IMG/VR virus record: IMGVR_UViG_3300032242_001840
Coordinates: 1 to 51,586 of that record
DNA from: a virus
Lineage: Duplodnaviria > Caudoviricetes
Strand: one strand, 5' to 3'
DNA length: 51,586 bases
The notes under the pieces are model-generated. The model saw only the letters and a list, made by a program, of their open reading frames with translations. It made no database searches and had not been told where the DNA came from. The position numbers and the translations under genes were made by a program. Shown here piece by piece: positions 16,663-26,198 of this stretch. Each line of letters opens with the position of its first letter. Within the stretch, counting starts at the first letter, position 1.

Positions 16663-17312
16663 TTGCCACCTCCCCACTGCGTTGCCATGGCTGCTGCCCA
16701 GCCTGCGTAGGTTTCGCTTCTGATCTTCCACCTGTCCTCTGAGGGAGGTTCTTTGTTCTGGCCTCCGGCCGTCTGATTGCCCCACCGAAACGCATAGCTC
16801 CTGCCATCAGCAGACCCCTCCAGCCGGGGGGGGGCTAGCGATGTTGGCAAAAGCTTGGGCAGGTTTTTAAGCCAGAGGCATGTCCTCTTGCTGGCGTCCT
16901 CGCCGTATTCGTATGGCTGAATGAACTGGTCAGGCTCGCGCCATCGGCTCGACAGAACGCCGATCGGGTTCTCAATGGCAATCCGTTCAATCGGGGCAGT
17001 CGCCAGCGACATGACGAACTCAACGGCCTTCTCACGAGCGTCCCGCCGGGCTTGGCCGATCAGCGTCCCTGGCTTCATCTTCTTGGTCTGCACGTCACGG
17101 TAGGCCCACTCTGCTGCGATCGTGAGGAACGTGCATGGCGGGTGGGCGATCATCAAGTCCCACCCGTCGCCAATGATGTCCATCACGTCGCCCTGGTAGT
17201 GAGGGCCGATACTGTCGGTGGGTAGCAAATCGCAGCTAAGAGCGTCGTGGCCGGCGGCCAAAAACGCATCCCTGACACGGCCGCTGTATTCGCAGGCAAC
17301 AAGGACTTTCAT
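16641..17312 (-). CDS. Phage DNA cytosine methyltransferase-like protein
   Basis: VLVACEYSG, SCD, HPPC, ENP motifs. Confidence 0.8.
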   Translation of the reverse strand: MKVLVACEYSGRVRDAFLAAGHDALSCDLLPTDSIGPHYQGDVMDIIGDGWDLMIAHPPCTFLTIAAEWAYRDVQTKKMKPGTLIGQARRDAREKAVEFVMSLATAPIERIAIENPIGVLSSRWREPDQFIQPYEYGEDASKRTCLWLKNLPKLLPTSLAPPRLEGSADGRSYAFRWGNQTAGGQNKEPPSEDRWKIRSETYAGWAAAMATQWGGGKCLQLNT

Positions 17313-17548
17313 TTCCCCTCCTCCGGCAGCGGCGGCAGCGGCATCCAGTGGGTGACATCTTTCAGGTCAACAGAGCCGGCCCAGCCCACGTTGTGTCTTT
17401 TTTCTTTGAAAACCATCCACCAAGGCTCGTCGCAATCGTCCTCAGACCCAGGGAGCCGAATCTCACCTGCTGAAACTGAACCGCCAGTCGCCACAAGCAC
17501 TGTTTCGTATTCGGTCGGCAGCCGTTCGCTTACGGGAATCCAGTTCAT
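17309..17548 (-). CDS. DUF551-family protein
   Basis: WIPVSERLP...VTHWMPLP. Confidence 0.9.
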   Translation of the reverse strand: MNWIPVSERLPTEYETVLVATGGSVSAGEIRLPGSEDDCDEPWWMVFKEKRHNVGWAGSVDLKDVTHWMPLPPLPEEGK

Positions 17549-17958
17549 TTCGTCTTCTCCGTAAAAAGGATGCGAATCGTCCACTCTGGATAATGCCAGC
17601 TTGTCTTCGACACATCGACATTGCAGTCCAACTCGGCACGAAGGTTTGCGACAGCAGCAGGAAGTCTGGCGTCATTGAACTCAAGGTACGGCTCAAAAAC
17701 GTAAGCCAGCTTGCCGTCAATATGCGTCTTTCCTGCGTGGTCAAGCATGGCGTAAAAGCACGACGGCCCGTACTTCTTCTCCATCGACAAAAGAAACTCC
17801 AGCATCGGGTAAAACGCCCTAGCGTTACCCCCTAGCCGTTTGGTCGCAGCAGCAACCTTTTTGCTCAACCATTGAGGCGGATTTCCATATACCACCTTTG
17901 ACACACCCGACTTGACTCTCTTTTCAGCCAGCCCTGGATTCCTTGCTGTCATTGTCAA
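17545..17958 (-). CDS. Hypothetical protein
   Basis: AAGGAG RBS; FEPY...SWHYP. Confidence 0.7.
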   Translation of the reverse strand: MTMTARNPGLAEKRVKSGVSKVVYGNPPQWLSKKVAAATKRLGGNARAFYPMLEFLLSMEKKYGPSCFYAMLDHAGKTHIDGKLAYVFEPYLEFNDARLPAAVANLRAELDCNVDVSKTSWHYPEWTIRILFTEKTK

Positions 17959-17964
17959 TTCTCC

Positions 17965-18264
17965 TTAAGCCATTGCCTTCGCAACCCTGCCCAAAACCCT
18001 GGCAGCACCCTGACGACGGCGCTGCGTTGTCTTAAGCGTCCAACCCGCTTGAAACTGCTGGCATCGCACTCTAATCATTTCCTCAGACGGATCGCCAAGC
18101 TGCCTCTCTTGGGTGAAAGCCTGCTGTTGCCTATTCCAGACCTTCAAGCCGTTGTGGCATGCCTTGCAGTGAGTCATGTAGCGATAAAACTTCGTTGCAG
18201 GCTTGCATTCTCCGCAGTCGCAACACGTCATCTTCTCGGGCGTTGTGTACTCAATTCCCCTCAT
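17965..18264 (-). CDS. Zn-finger protein with DPS..I..R...W motif
   Basis: CCDCGECK...CKAC; DPSEEMIRVRCQQFQAGW. Confidence 0.65.
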   Translation of the reverse strand: MRGIEYTTPEKMTCCDCGECKPATKFYRYMTHCKACHNGLKVWNRQQQAFTQERQLGDPSEEMIRVRCQQFQAGWTLKTTQRRRQGAARVLGRVAKAMA

Positions 18265-18469
18265 GTGTCCCTTCCCACTCACCACACCAGTTGCCCGCCG
18301 CCACCACCGGAAAGCGACACGCCTGCCCGCCGTCATCGTCGGTCATGTAGGTCGGCGGGAAGCGGCGGCACTGCACCACCTTCTCGCCGTTCTTACTGAC
18401 CTCGCCGGCCACAACACCAAAGCCGCAGTTAAGGCACGTCGGGGTGCCGTCTTCGGTGGGAGAGATCAT
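18251..18469 (-). CDS. Small Cys-rich protein
   Basis: CLNC...CRRFPP...WCGEW. Confidence 0.75.
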   Translation of the reverse strand: MISPTEDGTPTCLNCGFGVVAGEVSKNGEKVVQCRRFPPTYMTDDDGGQACRFPVVAAGNWCGEWEGTHEGN

Positions 18470-18687
18470 CGGTTCACCACCATCCTCTGAAACTCGTCAA
18501 TTTCCTCTGACATCAACTGCATTCTCTCTGCCACCCGCCCTTGGATCGAATTACGCTTCACAAGTTCTGACGCAAGCCGAGCGTTCTCTGCCGCAAGACT
18601 GTCACGCTCTTCCTTTAGCTGCGCAACCTCCTGTTGCAACTCAGCCTGCCGGTCAAACATCCAAGCGAACATGCTCATCGGTTGCAC
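18466..18687 (-). CDS. Coiled-coil hypothetical protein
   Basis: Coupled ORF. Confidence 0.65.
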   Translation of the reverse strand: MQPMSMFAWMFDRQAELQQEVAQLKEERDSLAAENARLASELVKRNSIQGRVAERMQLMSEEIDEFQRMVVNR

Positions 18688-18980
18688 TCCTGCACAAAGG
18701 CACGGCAGACCTCGGTCTGATCTAACTCGGTCAAGTAATAGCCGCCATCGACGTTGCCGTACTTCTTGACGACCCAGCCGGCGTCAGCGGCGGCCTTGGC
18801 AAACTGTTGCTCAGTAGAAAAGTCGATGCCCAGCACCCCGAGGTAGCTGGAGAGAAAAGCCACTGAGACATATCCGGTCGGTTCGTGTTTCACGAACTTC
18901 GACAGGAATTCGGCAATCGGGCAGGTGGGCGTCAGGTCGGTGACGTTCCAATCCATGGACGGCAGCCAGGCTTGTGTCAT
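18675..18980 (-). CDS. Hypothetical protein
   Basis: Coupled ORF. Confidence 0.6.
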   Translation of the reverse strand: MTQAWLPSMDWNVTDLTPTCPIAEFLSKFVKHEPTGYVSVAFLSSYLGVLGIDFSTEQQFAKAAADAGWVVKKYGNVDGGYYLTELDQTEVCRAFVQECNR

Positions 18981-19186
18981 TTCACGCCCCCCCGTTGCAG
19001 CAGTGGGCGAAGCTCCCGACTGGTCGCAACAAGCTCAGAGCGAGCAATCCTGACCTCGGCGGGGGCGGCGATCGCGAGGGTGACCTTCTTGCCCGATACT
19101 CGAGCAACCATGACCTCAATCGGTTCTTGGCCCGGCGTTTTCAAGACCAGCTTTTCGCCGATCAATCGCGAGATAGACAATGGCAT
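18977..19186 (-). CDS. csrA: CsrA/RsmA-like RNA-binding protein
   Basis: LSISRLIGEKLVL...IEVMV..VSG..VTLAIAAPAEVRIARSE matches the CsrA fold pattern, including the conserved RNA-binding Arg. Confidence 0.85.
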   Translation of the reverse strand: MPLSISRLIGEKLVLKTPGQEPIEVMVARVSGKKVTLAIAAPAEVRIARSELVATSRELRPLLQRGGVK

Positions 19187-19215
19187 GGGAGTCCTTTCCA
19201 GTTGTGTCGTCCGGT

Positions 19216-19244
19216 AGTCTACGAACCTTGACCAGAAGCGTCAA
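19216..19244 (-). promoter_or_regulatory. Sigma70-type promoter of csrA operon; GTAGACTAC overlaps -10
   Basis: TTGACG-17 bp-TAGACT. Confidence 0.75.
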
Positions 19245-19683
19245 GCCACGCCTGACATGCTTTTTTGACCGCCAGATTCGGGTGCCTGCTTGCAGCAAAC
19301 CGCAGATACTCCATCCCGCCTGACTCCTCGGAAACTTCGTCCAAAGTCAATCCTTTGTAGACCCCCTCCCTCAACTGGAACGACTTCGGTTTCTGCTTGA
19401 TGTACCCGACGATGGCGTCCACCCATTCCGCCCGCAGGCAGAAATTACACTGCACCAGCCACTGCCGGCGATCCTCATGCAGGATGTCGTGGCTCATCGC
19501 TTGACAGCCTTCGCAGAGGAATGTGTCCTCAATCCTCCCGATGGCCCGAATCGCCTTCACGGGCTTTGCAGGAGGCTGCGGGGGCGGCTCTGCCTCCACA
19601 GTCACCTGCGTCGGCCGCTTGGCGGCGGTCTTCTTCTTGACTTGGTCGTCCTGGGGGGCGACGGGAAACAGAGTCTCGCTCAC
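19219..19683 (-). CDS. Zn-ribbon protein
   Basis: CEGC/CNFC; GVYKGLTLDEV. Confidence 0.7.
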   Translation of the reverse strand: MSETLFPVAPQDDQVKKKTAAKRPTQVTVEAEPPPQPPAKPVKAIRAIGRIEDTFLCEGCQAMSHDILHEDRRQWLVQCNFCLRAEWVDAIVGYIKQKPKSFQLREGVYKGLTLDEVSEESGGMEYLRFAASRHPNLAVKKACQAWLDASGQGS

Positions 19684-21326
19684 TTCGGCAACTCCATCGA
19701 AAAAGGTTCGTCAGACTCGCAGATCACCAGATTCTGCCGAGCGCGGGTCACGGCAACGTATTCAATCCTGCACTCCTCGTCGTATGCCTCTGGCGAGTTT
19801 TCCTGCGCCTCCTCTGTTCGCCTGGATGTGTTGGTGCAGAGGATCACATCGTCAGCCTCCATGCCTTTCGCGCCGTGAATCGTTGACAACCGCACCTTCG
19901 GGGAGGTTGCCATCTCAGGGCCGTGCTTTTTGGCAGCGTCCAGCCACTTCATGCCGCCGTCCACCAGAGAACCCCACTCACCTTTCTTGACGATGTCCAT
20001 TAGGAAAGTGGTTGCGCCGCCGATGCTCTCGATGTCGTCTGGCCGCAGAAAGTCGCAGGCTTCGTCCATTCTTCCGTCAAGCCACTTTGCCTTGAAGCCG
20101 TGCCGAAGCAGAGGCTCCTTCAAGTGATTCTTGACGGGCAGATACTCAGCGGCCGCCTTCCATTCGCTGCCTCCGACAGGCTGGCCGTGCTGAATACGCC
20201 ACAGGCAGTTGTATGCCGCCATCGACGTGCTGTCGGACTTGCTGGCAACCGACGCATGGGGGATTCGTCGCTGGTTGAGAATGTCTCTGAAACGCTCCAG
20301 CGAAAATCCGCAGCGGGCGAGGATCAATGTGGTGCGGTTGATGTCGATCTTGGAGATGGCCTGCTCAATTGAGCATCCGCGCCGGATCGTCCCCTCATGG
20401 CCGGCTGGGGCAATGCCCCGGTCAAAGTACCCGTTCTTCATCCGCTTCAGGCACCGCTCTCCAAGCTCCATGATCGGCCGCGGGCAGCGATACGACTGCG
20501 GCATTGTCCGCACCTCATCGGCCTCCCAGCCCATGAAGTGCCTGTAGTCGGCACCCCCGAAGGCAAAGATGCTCTGGAACGGGTCTGCGGCGATAAGAGT
20601 CCACTTTACATCGTCTCCGCTCGCCAGCCTGCGGCAGACACGATCCACCAGCGCGCTGCTGTCCTGAGCCTCGTCAAACACCCACGCCTTCACCGGCGGC
20701 AGGCCGCCCTCCGGCTCAACCTCTTCGGGGCCGTCCATAGTGAACCGAACGCCACCGTACCGTGCCACAACGTCAACGAAGTCGCTCTTCCCCTCCTGCT
20801 TTTTGGCATGTTCGTAAAGCTTGACGTAGTGCTTCACTACCGCCCAGCTTGGAATAGTCTCGCCGCACCTTGACAGCCGTGTGTGTGCCTCCAAGAGAGT
20901 CTCCATGCGACTTCTGGATACGTCCCAGACCGAAAGAGACTGCGTGGCCTCGTCGTCGTTGACGACCGTCGAAAAGCCACTCCCTTCGATCATCTTGCGT
21001 TTGACCGTGGCTCCCAGTTTCCCGGCGATCCACTTCATCGATGCATCGCTGTCGGTGAGAAGATTGTCGCTAGATACCTTCAGCATCTTGATGCAGGTCG
21101 AGTGAACCGTCCGAAACCACCCGCCGTTGCCCGAAAGAGTCTCCTCCGGGCATCCAAACGCCTCGGCCACCCGAGCCACCATTTCACCCCTCGCCGCCCT
21201 GGTAAACGAGGCGAACCCGATCGCTGTCGGATCGCCTCCAAGGTGCGGCAACATCCGCTCCATACTTTGCTTAAGTTCCGTAGTCTTCCCAGTCCCCGCA
21301 CCACCGATCAACTTTACGACCTTCAT
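19680..21326 (-). CDS. UvrD/Rep-like SF1 helicase
   Basis: GGAGTGKT, DEAQD, QSIFAF, QSYR, STIHGAKGME, YVAVTRA. Confidence 0.92.
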   Translation of the reverse strand: MKVVKLIGGAGTGKTTELKQSMERMLPHLGGDPTAIGFASFTRAARGEMVARVAEAFGCPEETLSGNGGWFRTVHSTCIKMLKVSSDNLLTDSDASMKWIAGKLGATVKRKMIEGSGFSTVVNDDEATQSLSVWDVSRSRMETLLEAHTRLSRCGETIPSWAVVKHYVKLYEHAKKQEGKSDFVDVVARYGGVRFTMDGPEEVEPEGGLPPVKAWVFDEAQDSSALVDRVCRRLASGDDVKWTLIAADPFQSIFAFGGADYRHFMGWEADEVRTMPQSYRCPRPIMELGERCLKRMKNGYFDRGIAPAGHEGTIRRGCSIEQAISKIDINRTTLILARCGFSLERFRDILNQRRIPHASVASKSDSTSMAAYNCLWRIQHGQPVGGSEWKAAAEYLPVKNHLKEPLLRHGFKAKWLDGRMDEACDFLRPDDIESIGGATTFLMDIVKKGEWGSLVDGGMKWLDAAKKHGPEMATSPKVRLSTIHGAKGMEADDVILCTNTSRRTEEAQENSPEAYDEECRIEYVAVTRARQNLVICESDEPFSMELPK

Positions 21327-21510
21327 TGTGACACTTTCCTTTGGTTTAAAATCCGTCACGCCCGCCGTCACGAAAAAACTCTCCATAAACTGTTGATCGG
21401 TAGCCACTTACGAAAACCTGTGACACTTTTCCGCTTGTGACGCCCTCCAAGTGAAAACAAAAAAGTGTTTTCACTTTGACCCCCTATAGTAGAAGAAGGG
21501 TGGAACAGCG
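21327..21510. other. Candidate replication origin
   Basis: AT-rich intergenic region with repeated TGTGAC/GTCAC and an inverted repeat, immediately after the primase gene. Confidence 0.45.
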
Positions 21511-23268
21511 TTACGCCGTCGCCTCCACGGGGTGGGCGATGGTTTCCAAGGCGTCAATGTGACGCTGTTCCCAAACGATGTAGCGGCGTTGAGTGCCGTT
21601 TTCGCTCCTAGCCCGCTTCGCATAAAACTCGGAGTCTCCGGTGGCAATCAGAATCCTCCGCTTCAGAGACACCATCTCGCCGTCCAGGACATTGACCTTC
21701 CGACTCTTGCGGATGTCCTCAAAGACCCTGTTCCAAGAGAAGTACAAGTCAAAACGCCCGTCCTTCTGCCTGACCCATGAAGGCTTGCCGGAGGCGTGAG
21801 GCTTGTCGTCGTCGGGGTTTGTGCCGTCAGGGAAGCCAGTGTTGGTCAGGGCGTCCAGCAGCCAGCCGGCCAACAGAACGTACCGCTGCTGCTCCGGCGG
21901 CGGAATCTCTTCGGTTCGCTGATCCATCAGCTTGACCTTCAGCCCTCTAACTGGCGGGCATTTCTTCGTGGAAGCCTCCACAATGTCTTCGCCGTCGCTG
22001 TCAATCTTCTTCTTCTTGACCTTCTTCGGACGCATCGAATAGCCGTTCCAAATTTTGGCCCACTCCTTTGGGTTTGGATCGGTCACGTCGATGGTTGCCG
22101 TGGCCTCAAGAATCTTGCGGGCCACTGTCACGGGCTGAGTCCAATCAGAAGAAGAGAGGCTGACAAACGTGTAGATTAGGTCTTCTTCGTCTTCGATAGG
22201 AAGCGGCTTCCTGTCTAGCCCCAGCTTGAGGTTCGTCGGCACCGCCAGTCGATACTCGCACGGGTCTGACATCACGACCGCCAGCTTCCACTTGCCCGGC
22301 CACCACTCCCCGTCGCGGAACTCCAAGCCATTGAGGGCATGGGGGTTCTCCTTCATCTTCGTGTCAACGATTTCGTTGGCCTTCTCGTCTGTCGAAGCCA
22401 CGTCATAGACACCGGCTGCTCGAGCCTTCATGCCCCAGCGAAGCTGCCCTTGCCAGATGCTCTTGAGTTCTGCATCCGGCAGCGGCGGGCGGCAGATTGT
22501 TTGGTTGAGAGCGTGGAGAATGGTCATCACCACCTGCTGCTCTGATGGGTCGTGAGGATCGCGCATCCGCATGATCTCGCTGCTGATGAGCCTCACCATC
22601 CCAGTGTGCCGTTCAGTGATCTCAAGGCCACTCTGCACGATCGACATGGCCGGGACGTTCCTGCGGATGGAAAGCTCGTTGTCGCCTCCACCGCCCTCGG
22701 CCTCAATCAGCGCCGCCATGAATGGCTCAGGCAGACTCGCAAGCTCCACCTCATCCGGCGACAGCCCAGGCAGCCACTTGTAGACCGTGCCGCTGGAGTG
22801 CCGGCTGGGGGGCAGCAGGCTTTGCGCCCCGCGTTTGTCGCCGCCAATCCGCACCTCCAAGCCGCCCAGCTTGGCAACGGCCTTGCGGGGGAGGCGGCTG
22901 TCGAACTTCCACAGCCGGTGCTGGCCGCGGGATGATTCGTAGGTCGGGGTGGCGATCTTCGTCAGCCCGTATTTCTCGGCGACCGCCTTGGCGTCGGCGT
23001 TGTCCCATTCGGTATCGACAACACCCGACTTCGCACCGAACACCAGCCCAATATTTGGCTCGCTACCATTGAGGAACCAAGAGGCGATTTCGTCCTCGTT
23101 GGTTGTGCCGCGCTCCTGCCAGTTTCGATCCAGCGGGTGCTTGCCAGGCGTCGAGCATTCCGCCCCCAAGTAGCAGGCGCAGGTGCCGTCAGCGCGGATG
23201 CCGGAAACGCGAATGATGTTCCAGCCGATGGCGGCATACTTGGCCGCCGCGTCAAAAATGAGGCTCAT
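21511..23268 (-). CDS. Bifunctional primase/polymerase (Prim-Pol) protein
   Basis: C..PGKHP, NIG, VVDTE, RGQHR, LPPSRHSSG.Y.W, PriCT-like CRPPL. Confidence 0.85.
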   Translation of the reverse strand: MSLIFDAAAKYAAIGWNIIRVSGIRADGTCACYLGAECSTPGKHPLDRNWQERGTTNEDEIASWFLNGSEPNIGLVFGAKSGVVDTEWDNADAKAVAEKYGLTKIATPTYESSRGQHRLWKFDSRLPRKAVAKLGGLEVRIGGDKRGAQSLLPPSRHSSGTVYKWLPGLSPDEVELASLPEPFMAALIEAEGGGGDNELSIRRNVPAMSIVQSGLEITERHTGMVRLISSEIMRMRDPHDPSEQQVVMTILHALNQTICRPPLPDAELKSIWQGQLRWGMKARAAGVYDVASTDEKANEIVDTKMKENPHALNGLEFRDGEWWPGKWKLAVVMSDPCEYRLAVPTNLKLGLDRKPLPIEDEEDLIYTFVSLSSSDWTQPVTVARKILEATATIDVTDPNPKEWAKIWNGYSMRPKKVKKKKIDSDGEDIVEASTKKCPPVRGLKVKLMDQRTEEIPPPEQQRYVLLAGWLLDALTNTGFPDGTNPDDDKPHASGKPSWVRQKDGRFDLYFSWNRVFEDIRKSRKVNVLDGEMVSLKRRILIATGDSEFYAKRARSENGTQRRYIVWEQRHIDALETIAHPVEATA

Positions 23269-23289
23269 ACAGCCCTCCATGGTGTGCAG

Positions 23290-23330
23290 AAAAATCCCTC
23301 CCGGCCGGCATTGCTGCCAGCCGGGAGGGG
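23290..23330 (-). terminator. Intrinsic terminator-like hairpin upstream of primase
   Basis: CCCTCCCGGC...GCCGGGAGGG stem followed by ATTTTT. Confidence 0.5.
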
Positions 23331-23479
23331 AATGAATTCGCCAGCGAGGGCCAGGGGAATGAGAGAACCTGACTGATCTCGCCAACTTCCTGCCGTTACA
23401 TCGCCACAGCAGGCTGGGCTGCGGGCCAGCGGGGCTATGAACCGCCGGTTTACGGTCGCCCGCCCGACACGAATGACAA

Positions 23480-24235
23480 CTAGGAATTCGCGCCGAACGG
23501 GGGCTGCGAGAACATGGCGGTCAACGGGATCGTGTAAATCTCGTTCGCCACCTCGCCCTCGGCCTCGCTGATCACGCCGACCAGCCGGGGGACGATCCGC
23601 GAGTAAGGCTTGCCGCCGGCAGACTTCTCCTTCGCCAACCGCAGGCCGATCACGCACTCATAGTGGAAGGCGGGCAGCCGCTTCATCCACGGGAGAAACT
23701 CGCCGATCGAACCGCCGCCAACGCTGACCAGCACAGGAAACGTGTCGCCTTCGCGAAGGATCGCCAGCATCCTGCTTTCCTTGACCCGCTTGCCGTGGCC
23801 GTCCTTGCCACTCTTGAATCCGAACTCCTTCGAGTTCGACATCGCCACCCAGTCATAGGTGCGGTCGCCCGTCCTGAACTTCTCCAAGTCTTCGGGATCG
23901 ACTTCACCAAAATCGTCTCCAACCCGATAGCCAGTGATCCCGTCGTTGGTGGTCACCACCGGGCGGGCCTCGGTCGGATCGAAACTCGGCCAGAGATTTC
24001 CTCTGATCCCATGGGCCACCAGCAGACCGACGATCTCGTCAAACTGCTGGTCGTTGCCGTTGACATTCACAGTCCAACTGGTGCCGCCTCCCGCCGGCGT
24101 GGCAACCTTGACCAAATCCTGCTCACGCATCGGCTCGCCGGCCAGATTGGCCTTGATGATCCTGGCGTGGCGGCTATTCGGCACCAGCGCCGGGTAGCTG
24201 ATCGTCGGCTCGCTCAAACTAATCGCTGTAGACAT
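23480..24235 (-). CDS. Putative ssDNA-binding/recombination protein
   Basis: VATPAGGG.SW N-terminus; position in replication module. Confidence 0.55.
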   Translation of the reverse strand: MSTAISLSEPTISYPALVPNSRHARIIKANLAGEPMREQDLVKVATPAGGGTSWTVNVNGNDQQFDEIVGLLVAHGIRGNLWPSFDPTEARPVVTTNDGITGYRVGDDFGEVDPEDLEKFRTGDRTYDWVAMSNSKEFGFKSGKDGHGKRVKESRMLAILREGDTFPVLVSVGGGSIGEFLPWMKRLPAFHYECVIGLRLAKEKSAGGKPYSRIVPRLVGVISEAEGEVANEIYTIPLTAMFSQPPFGANS

Positions 24236-24260
24236 GCGTCTATCTCCTGAGAAAAAGAAA

Positions 24261-24704
24261 TCAACCAGTGGTCACATGTCGCAGCGTCGGCTGGACATAC
24301 TCAGACACCAAACCCTCAAACACCGTCCCCTTGGAGTGCAGTTCACGGCCATCCCTGCCCGCAGCCATCTCCTTCAACAGACTCTTCAGGCCAGCGGTAT
24401 TCACGCCGCGGACTGCATCCAGCAAGCCAATCGACGCCGCGGCCTCAAGCAACTCCTCCTGCTTGTCCTTGGGGACGCTGGCGAAGTGGTCATAGGCCAC
24501 CCGCCACGACCTTCCGGCAACCTTCACACCATCAACCTGGGCCAACTGCATCTCTTCGACCGCCCGTGCCGCATATTGCTCACGGGTAGCCTTAAGGCTA
24601 GCGAGAGCATCGCTGGCCTGCTTGATTTCCCCGTCCATCTGCGCCACCTTTTCCAGCAGCGCCGCCATCGATCCGCTCTCTGTGAGAGTAGTAGTCGAGG
24701 ACAT
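24261..24704 (-). CDS. Coiled-coil replication-module protein
   Basis: N-terminal coiled coil; VNTAGLKSLLKE. Confidence 0.65.
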   Translation of the reverse strand: MSSTTTLTESGSMAALLEKVAQMDGEIKQASDALASLKATREQYAARAVEEMQLAQVDGVKVAGRSWRVAYDHFASVPKDKQEELLEAAASIGLLDAVRGVNTAGLKSLLKEMAAGRDGRELHSKGTVFEGLVSEYVQPTLRHVTTG

Positions 24705-26055
24705 AATCGATCACTTCCTTTCTTTCTGACAAGGCATCGTAAATCCGTCCATCCATCGTTTTGTGGCTGCGTAGTGTAGCAACCAGCGAGTAAAAATGCG
24801 TGGTCTTTTCCTGGCCGGGGCGGTGGAGGCGAGCGACCGCCTGAAGATATTCGGAGAGGGAATAGCCCAGAGAAAAGAAGCAGCCGTAGGCCGCTCTGGT
24901 GAGGTCGATGCCGATTCCGCCCGACTGAATCTGGGCGATCAGCACCGATGTCTTGCCTAGCTGCCAGTCGGCAAGATCGTTCATTTTACCACTGAGTTCG
25001 CTGCAGGATCGGCCCATCCGCTCGCAAACGGCACGACACTGAGCTATGTCGCTGCGGAACCGTGCAAAGATCACCACCGGCTCCAGTTGGTCAAGGCAAT
25101 CCAGCATGTCGGCCAGCGCCGCCGCCTTCGGCGACACGTCATCGATCGCCGTGGACATCTCCGTTTCGTCGTAGCGGGCGTAGCCGTTGCATACCTCAAG
25201 TTGCCGCAGCACCTTCGTCAACACATTGCTTGGGGTGATCGTGCCGTCATCGCAGCCGGCAGCAAAGTCGTCGTCAAGTGAGTCGTAAAGCTTGGCCTGC
25301 TTCGGCGTCATGTCGCAGGGTATTTCTTGGTGCAGGATCGGCGGCAGATCAAGGACATCTTCGGAGCGACGATGAAACGTCGTCTCCGCGACCTTGGCCG
25401 AAAACTCCGGCTCGTTGATCATCCGCTTCGCATCGAACGCCCCCGGCACCCCCCGCATCGGCAGGAAGTAGCGGGTGCGGAAGCTCGTCACATACTTGCC
25501 CCAGGTGGTGCAGTCGGGCGACTCGACCGCCCGCCAGGTGCCAAAGGCGTCCATCGGGGACTGAGAAAGGAGGGTGCCGGAGAGAGCCAAGCGTTTGGCG
25601 TTGGGGTTCTTTTTGCCGATCTCGGCGGCCCATTTGGACGCCTTCCCGCCGGGGGACTTGAGCCGGTGGACTTCGTCCCACACCAGACAGTCCCACTTGA
25701 CCTTATCCAGCGATTTCATCCGCCACAGGGATTCGTAGTTGCCGCAGATGAGTATCGGGCCAGACAGACGCTCCATCGTCTCAAACACCAAGGTGTCCTT
25801 GTCGGCAGAGCTTCCGCCGATCAGCGGCAAGACCCGAAGCTCCGGCCACCAGAGGGCCACTTGCTTCGGCCAATTGGGGACAACCGCTTTCGGGCATCCC
25901 AGCAAGAACCGGCCAGCGCGACCACAGAATTCTTCCTTGAGTGCCTCCAATGCGATGCGGCTTTTGCCGCATCCCATGCCGAGATGCAGAATGCAGTTCT
26001 GCCGCCCCCGACACCACTCAATGGCTTCGCGCTGATGCTTCCATGCGTCTGACAT
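24598..26055 (-). CDS. SNF2-family helicase
   Basis: MGCGKS, DEVH, LSGT, GIDL, RLHRPGQ. Confidence 0.92.
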   Translation of the reverse strand: MSDAWKHQREAIEWCRGRQNCILHLGMGCGKSRIALEALKEEFCGRAGRFLLGCPKAVVPNWPKQVALWWPELRVLPLIGGSSADKDTLVFETMERLSGPILICGNYESLWRMKSLDKVKWDCLVWDEVHRLKSPGGKASKWAAEIGKKNPNAKRLALSGTLLSQSPMDAFGTWRAVESPDCTTWGKYVTSFRTRYFLPMRGVPGAFDAKRMINEPEFSAKVAETTFHRRSEDVLDLPPILHQEIPCDMTPKQAKLYDSLDDDFAAGCDDGTITPSNVLTKVLRQLEVCNGYARYDETEMSTAIDDVSPKAAALADMLDCLDQLEPVVIFARFRSDIAQCRAVCERMGRSCSELSGKMNDLADWQLGKTSVLIAQIQSGGIGIDLTRAAYGCFFSLGYSLSEYLQAVARLHRPGQEKTTHFYSLVATLRSHKTMDGRIYDALSERKEVIDYVLDYYSHRERIDGGAAGKGGADGRGNQAGQRCSR

Positions 26056-26079
26056 CCATGCCTCCGGTTTCGTGGAGGC

Positions 26080-26108
26080 AATGTAGCGGCCTGTTGGCTA
26101 CTCGTCAA
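26080..26108 (-). promoter_or_regulatory. Sigma70-type promoter of replication operon
   Basis: TTGACG-17 bp-TACATT; GTAGCCAAC in spacer. Confidence 0.7.
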
Positions 26109-26198
26109 CACCCAAAATTCTGGGCAGCATTCTTAAGGGCATTGCATGGCTTTGCATGGCTTTGCATCAAATGTTGTGCGCCGTGCATGCCGTTAGAA

